Under the pieces are notes generated by a model, which searched no databases, was not told where the DNA came from, and saw nothing but the letters and a program-made list of their open reading frames with translations. This document shows, piece by piece, positions 59,956 through 64,000 of a DNA stretch of 64,000 nt. The translations under genes were made by a program, and so were the position numbers. Numbering within the stretch: position 1 is the first letter of the stretch; every line of letters starts with the position of its first letter. The DNA comes from Verrucomicrobiota bacterium (GTDB lineage Bacteria > Verrucomicrobiota > Verrucomicrobiia > Chthoniobacterales > SZAS-18): positions 2,383-66,382 of the forward strand of contig JANXRG010000059.1 of assembly GCA_025353105.1 (NCBI GenBank), given 5' to 3'.

Positions 59956-60798
59956 TCACCGTCTGGCGCGGAGGATCCCATATCGCATCGCTCCGCACGC
60001 GTACGCGAATCGAAGCCGAAAGAGGGTCCGGGCGAAGACCCGGCTGGGGTAGTTGCGTGAAAACAAGATGTGCCGGTAGTCCGCCCGCGAGGGCAGCGCC
60101 CCGAAGAAACGCTTGATGCAGCGCGTCCAGGTCTGGGCCACGCGGTCCGACAGGTCCTCGAAGGCAATGTCCCGGAATTTCTCCGCCGCCATGAGCTCGC
60201 GATATTCGCGCTCGGAACCCAAGCCAACGAGGCGACCCTCGCGGCAAATCGGCTCGAGGAGATGACGCACCTGCCAGGACCCGGGCGACTCGGCGCTCAG
60301 CCAGGCCGCCACGGCGAGGCGGCCGCCCGGCTTGAGCACGCGGCGGCACTCGGAATAGAAGCGCGCGAGATCCGGCATGTGTTCGGAACTCTCGATGGCG
60401 ATGACGGCGTCGTAAGACTCGTCCGCGAACGGATTGGCCATCCAATCGCCGTGCACGAATTCCACGCGCTCGGACGCCGATTGACCCGATGCTGCGACGT
60501 CGAACTGGGATTTCGAAATCGTGATCGCGCTCACCGTGGCATTCCACTCGCGGGCGAGCAAGCGCGCGGCGGCGCCGTAGCCACAGCCCACGTCGCAAAT
60601 CCGATCGCCGCGTTGGATCCCGGCGGCCTGTGCGACGCGGCGGGTCAGGTTTGCCACCGCGGTCGGGATGTCCTCGCTCCCCGATTCCCAGAGGCCGTGA
60701 TGCACATCCTCGCCCCAGACGCCGCGATAGATGATATCGAGTTCATCATAATGCGCCGCCACGTCGGACGAACCGATCGAAGCAGAAGGCGTGATCAT
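59956..60798 (-). CDS. Class I SAM methyltransferase (tocopherol/sterol MT-like)
   Basis: HYD......WGE..H.G.W, DVGCGYG, IESSEHMPD, RVLKPGG. Confidence 0.9.
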   Translation of the reverse strand: MITPSASIGSSDVAAHYDELDIIYRGVWGEDVHHGLWESGSEDIPTAVANLTRRVAQAAGIQRGDRICDVGCGYGAAARLLAREWNATVSAITISKSQFDVAASGQSASERVEFVHGDWMANPFADESYDAVIAIESSEHMPDLARFYSECRRVLKPGGRLAVAAWLSAESPGSWQVRHLLEPICREGRLVGLGSEREYRELMAAEKFRDIAFEDLSDRVAQTWTRCIKRFFGALPSRADYRHILFSRNYPSRVFARTLFRLRFAYACGAMRYGILRARR

Positions 60799-60841
60799 GT
60801 CATCCCTGCGCGGCGGCCGACGCGCCCGAAGCGCCTCGACG

Positions 60842-62683
60842 TCACATACTTTGCATGTGCTCGTCCGGGCGGACCACCGTCGGAAACGTGATGCCGTGTT
60901 CCGTAAGCAGGTTGAAGACACGGGCGAGGAGCGTCTTGTAATTCTCGTCAAAGACGTCGTCGCGCTCGCGGCCCTGCATGGCCTCGAAGTCGGACTTGGC
61001 CTGCGCCAGCTTTAAACCGAGCAAGGTTTGAAATTGCGCGCGCTCACCCGGCGTCGGTCCATCCGAGAAGGCGTCGCGGCTCGTCGCCTCGTCCTCGGCA
61101 GCACCGGTTAGTTCGTCCACCCGGAGGCGGAGTTCCGAAACCGTTTCCTCGAGGCGCACATTGTGTTGGCGGAGGGCCGTCACCTCGCTTTCGGGCATCG
61201 GCGCCTCGGCGGGTTCCGCGGCCCGGCCACGGCGGCCGCGCCCTGGCTTCGTAAATCCATCGTCGCGTTGACGGAGATTCGATCGCGCCACGTCCAACTC
61301 GGTCTTCAACTGGCTGTACTGGCGCTCGATCATCCGGAGGGCTTCGCGGACGTCGAAACCGCGCTCAAACCGGCTGCCCGATTTTTCGCGCGGCTCGCGG
61401 TGGACCGTGTCGTCGGGGCTCGCCTCGACCGCGGCCCCGTTCGCGTCGCCGGATGCGGCTTGGGAAACGCTCTTGCCGAGCCGGCGTAATCGACCGCGTT
61501 CGCGGCGGGTCATGCGTCGTCCCGGCGCGGCCGTCGCGCCGGACGGATCGGCTGGGTCCGCCGAAGCAGCCTCGTCGTCGGACTCGGCCTCATCATCGTT
61601 TGACTCGTCGTCGTCCTCGTCGTCCGCCTCCCCGGCGTCGCGGGCCTCGGTGGCCTCGCGCGCATCCTCTTCCGCGGCGGTGCCGTAGCTGTCGTCCGTG
61701 CCTGAACTCGATTCTCGGCGCGCCTCGCCCGACGAAGTCGCCTCGGTCGATTCCTCGCCGGCCGCTTCCGCGCTGGCGATAACGCTGGCGAGCGTCTCGG
61801 GCAGAACGGCGACTTCCTTTTTCAGTGAGGCCTTCCATTTTGGGCTCCAGCGGCGGACGCCCTCGACGATGATCTCGAGTGAATCTTCGGGCAGTTTCTC
61901 GAGTCGATCGGCATCGGCGATCCATTTCAAGAGTGAGAGCTGCGTGAAGGGCGGCACGTTGCCGCCGGCGAAGCAGGAGGCGACCGCGACGTGGATGACC
62001 GCGGCGGACTCCGCGGGGCGCCATTCGGCGAGCGGCAGCTGGCAGATCCAGGGCCGGCCCTTGCCGACCATTACCGCGTCGAAATTGCGACGCTCGGATT
62101 TCGAAAGCGGTTCCTCGCCGGAAGCCTTTTTCATCTCGACGCAGACTGCCCCGATGATTTTCGCGGCGACCTCGACGTCCTGTTTGAAGAGGCCGCGGGC
62201 GAGGCTCAGTCGGATGCGGCGGGCCGCCTCCGTGCGTTGCTCTTCGCGCTTCAATCCGGTGACCAGCGCCTCGCGGGCGGTGGCGCTCATGTCGGCCCAC
62301 GCGGCGGTGACAGCGGTGGCGCCGACGTTCCAATTCAGTGACGGCAGCGCGGCGAGGGCTGACGTGAGGCTGTGGCCGCCCGCGGTGAGAAGGGCTTTTA
62401 GGAGCTGGACAGCCTCGTCCTCCTCCGAGGGACGAAGACGCGTAGAAACAGCGCGTTCGGCTAGGGCGGCGAGGCGAACCGCGGGGTCCGCGGAATCGCC
62501 GCCGGACACAGCCGAATCAGCGGGGGACGAAGGGGCGTGGCCGCTCTCGTGTTCGCCGCTGGGTGGAGCGGCCGGATCGGCAACGGGTTCGGGAGAAAAA
62601 TGGGGGGCGTCCGAGTGACCGGCGGGTGGGAGTGATGCCGGTGTCTCAGGCGCGTTTTCCGGATGGGAATCGTTCGCGTTCAA
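60842..62683 (-). CDS. Large hypothetical protein (helical domain, acidic linker, coiled coil)
   Basis: TTG start 5 nt after AAAGGAG; 613 aa. Confidence 0.75.
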   Translation of the reverse strand: MNANDSHPENAPETPASLPPAGHSDAPHFSPEPVADPAAPPSGEHESGHAPSSPADSAVSGGDSADPAVRLAALAERAVSTRLRPSEEDEAVQLLKALLTAGGHSLTSALAALPSLNWNVGATAVTAAWADMSATAREALVTGLKREEQRTEAARRIRLSLARGLFKQDVEVAAKIIGAVCVEMKKASGEEPLSKSERRNFDAVMVGKGRPWICQLPLAEWRPAESAAVIHVAVASCFAGGNVPPFTQLSLLKWIADADRLEKLPEDSLEIIVEGVRRWSPKWKASLKKEVAVLPETLASVIASAEAAGEESTEATSSGEARRESSSGTDDSYGTAAEEDAREATEARDAGEADDEDDDESNDDEAESDDEAASADPADPSGATAAPGRRMTRRERGRLRRLGKSVSQAASGDANGAAVEASPDDTVHREPREKSGSRFERGFDVREALRMIERQYSQLKTELDVARSNLRQRDDGFTKPGRGRRGRAAEPAEAPMPESEVTALRQHNVRLEETVSELRLRVDELTGAAEDEATSRDAFSDGPTPGERAQFQTLLGLKLAQAKSDFEAMQGRERDDVFDENYKTLLARVFNLLTEHGITFPTVVRPDEHMQSM

Positions 62684-62743
62684 GAAGACTCCTTTAGCTC
62701 TTTCGCCCAGCTTGTCCACTAACGTCGCGTCGCGTCGGCTGCG

Positions 62744-62965
62744 CCGTCGCTTCGCTCCGAATGACGAAATCAGAATGACGAGCCGAGGTTCACGGGGTGG
62801 ACCGAGACAGCCGGTCAAGCCGCGCAGGGTAGCGGCGACGGAGGCGGGAGCCAAAGGAGGCAACCCCAAATTAACGACGAATTCCGGACCCGGGGACGAG
62901 TGCGATTACCGTCGACCGTTCGGCATTCGGCATTCGAAATTTGGCATTTAGGAGCGAAGCGACGG
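62744..62965. repeat. 222-bp MITE/REP-like element with 15-bp perfect inverted ends
   Basis: CCGTCGCTTCGCTCC (62744-62758) / GGAGCGAAGCGACGG (62951-62965), with internal heptad tracts. Confidence 0.8.
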
Positions 62966-64000
62966 TCACACTCCCAACTCGGCTTTGACCTCGCCAAACG
63001 CGCGGATGGCGAAATCGAGATCTTCGACGCGGTGACCCGCCGACACCTGGGTGCGGATGCGCGCCTGACCCTGCGGTACGACGGGGTAAAAGAAGCCGAC
63101 CACGTACACGCCCTTCTCAAGCATGCGCGAGGCGAAGCGCTGCGAGAGCGCGGCGTCGCCAAGCATGACGGGGACAATGGGGTGCGTGCCGGGTTTGATC
63201 GTGAGCCCGGCCTCGGTAAGCCCCGCGCGGAAGCGCTGCGTGTTGGCGGCGAGCAGATCGCGGAGTTCGGTCGAGCGCGTGAGCATTTCGAGCACTTTCA
63301 ATCCGGCGGCGACGATGGGTGGCGCAATCGTGTTCGAAAACAGGTAGGGCCGCGAACGCTGACGCAGGAGGGCGATGACCTCGCGCTTGCCGCTCGTGTA
63401 GCCGCCGCTGCCGCCACCGAGCGCCTTGCCGAGCGTGCCGGTTGTCGCGGCGAAGCGATCCATCTTCACCCCACAATGCTCGTGCGTGCCGCGTCCCGTC
63501 TTACCGAGGAAACCCGTGGCATGGCAGTCGTCGAAGTGCACGAGAGCCCCGTATTTTTCCGCAAGATCACAAACTGATTTGAGATCGGCAATGTGGCCAT
63601 CCATTGAGAAGACGCCGTCGGTGGTGACCAGCTTGAACCGCGCGCCCTTGGCGTCGGCCTCCTTGAGCTTCGCCTCGAGATCGTTCGAGTCGCCATTCTT
63701 GTAACGGTAGCGCGCGGCCTTGCAGAGCCGGATGCCGTCGATGATTGACGCGTGGTTCAGCTCGTCGCTGATCACGGCATCCTCGGGTCCGAGCAGCGTC
63801 TCAAAAAAGCCGCCATTCGCGTCGAAGCAGGACGGATAGAGAATCGTGTCCTCCGTGCCGAGAAATACGGAAAGCGCCGTCTCGAGCTGCTTGTGGATTT
63901 CCTGCGTGCCGCAGATGAAGCGGACCGAGGCGAGCCCAAAGCCCCACCGGTCGAGCGCCGCCTTCGCGGCGGCGACAACTTCCGGGTGGTCGGCGAGGCC
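62966..64000 (-). CDS. kbl: Glycine C-acetyltransferase (2-amino-3-ketobutyrate CoA ligase), 3' part
   Basis: [54 protein letters not shown]. Confidence 0.96.
   Translation of the reverse strand, partial: GLADHPEVVAAAKAALDRWGFGLASVRFICGTQEIHKQLETALSVFLGTEDTILYPSCFDANGGFFETLLGPEDAVISDELNHASIIDGIRLCKAARYRYKNGDSNDLEAKLKEADAKGARFKLVTTDGVFSMDGHIADLKSVCDLAEKYGALVHFDDCHATGFLGKTGRGTHEHCGVKMDRFAATTGTLGKALGGGSGGYTSGKREVIALLRQRSRPYLFSNTIAPPIVAAGLKVLEMLTRSTELRDLLAANTQRFRAGLTEAGLTIKPGTHPIVPVMLGDAALSQRFASRMLEKGVYVVGFFYPVVPQGQARIRTQVSAGHRVEDLDFAIRAFGEVKAELGV

Overview
A GC-rich bacterial chromosomal window. Verrucomicrobiota (Chthoniobacterales-like) is inferred from gene content, a C-terminal 'D..FYRV' sorting-type motif and the intergenic repeat style. 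About 1-42.5 kb is mostly housekeeping and metabolic: pxpBC, HMG-CoA lyase, a lactate/glycolate permease, mogA, a moaA-MFS-nupC-moaC run, a UbiD decarboxylase, argCJB, sulfite reductase-sbp-cysTW with no cysA, IclR-glcDEF, mmsA, an Fe-ADH and malate synthase. About 42.6-51 kb holds small accessory genes and pseudogenes. About 51-59.4 kb is an integrase-less accessory island built around two identical tRNA-Lys(UUU) genes. It carries a VapBC-type toxin-antitoxin pair, an IS630 remnant and a TPR adenylate cyclase, and is punctuated by five same-orientation copies of an unannotated hairpin-plus-heptad repeat. The window ends with a methyltransferase, a large hypothetical protein and partial kbl. 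The strongest unexplained signals are: (1) the tRNA-Lys-linked repeat array; (2) a fully structured moaA leader with a GAAA tetraloop and 11-nt-receptor-like motif (Moco-riboswitch-like but non-canonical) upstream of two transporters; (3) a 24-nt motif sitting directly after stop codons; (4) a shared TTTCC-N7-GGAAA palindrome upstream of iclR-glcDEF and aceB; (5) two signal-peptide TonB-C-like paralogues where cysA is expected. All calls were made by eye with no database searches.
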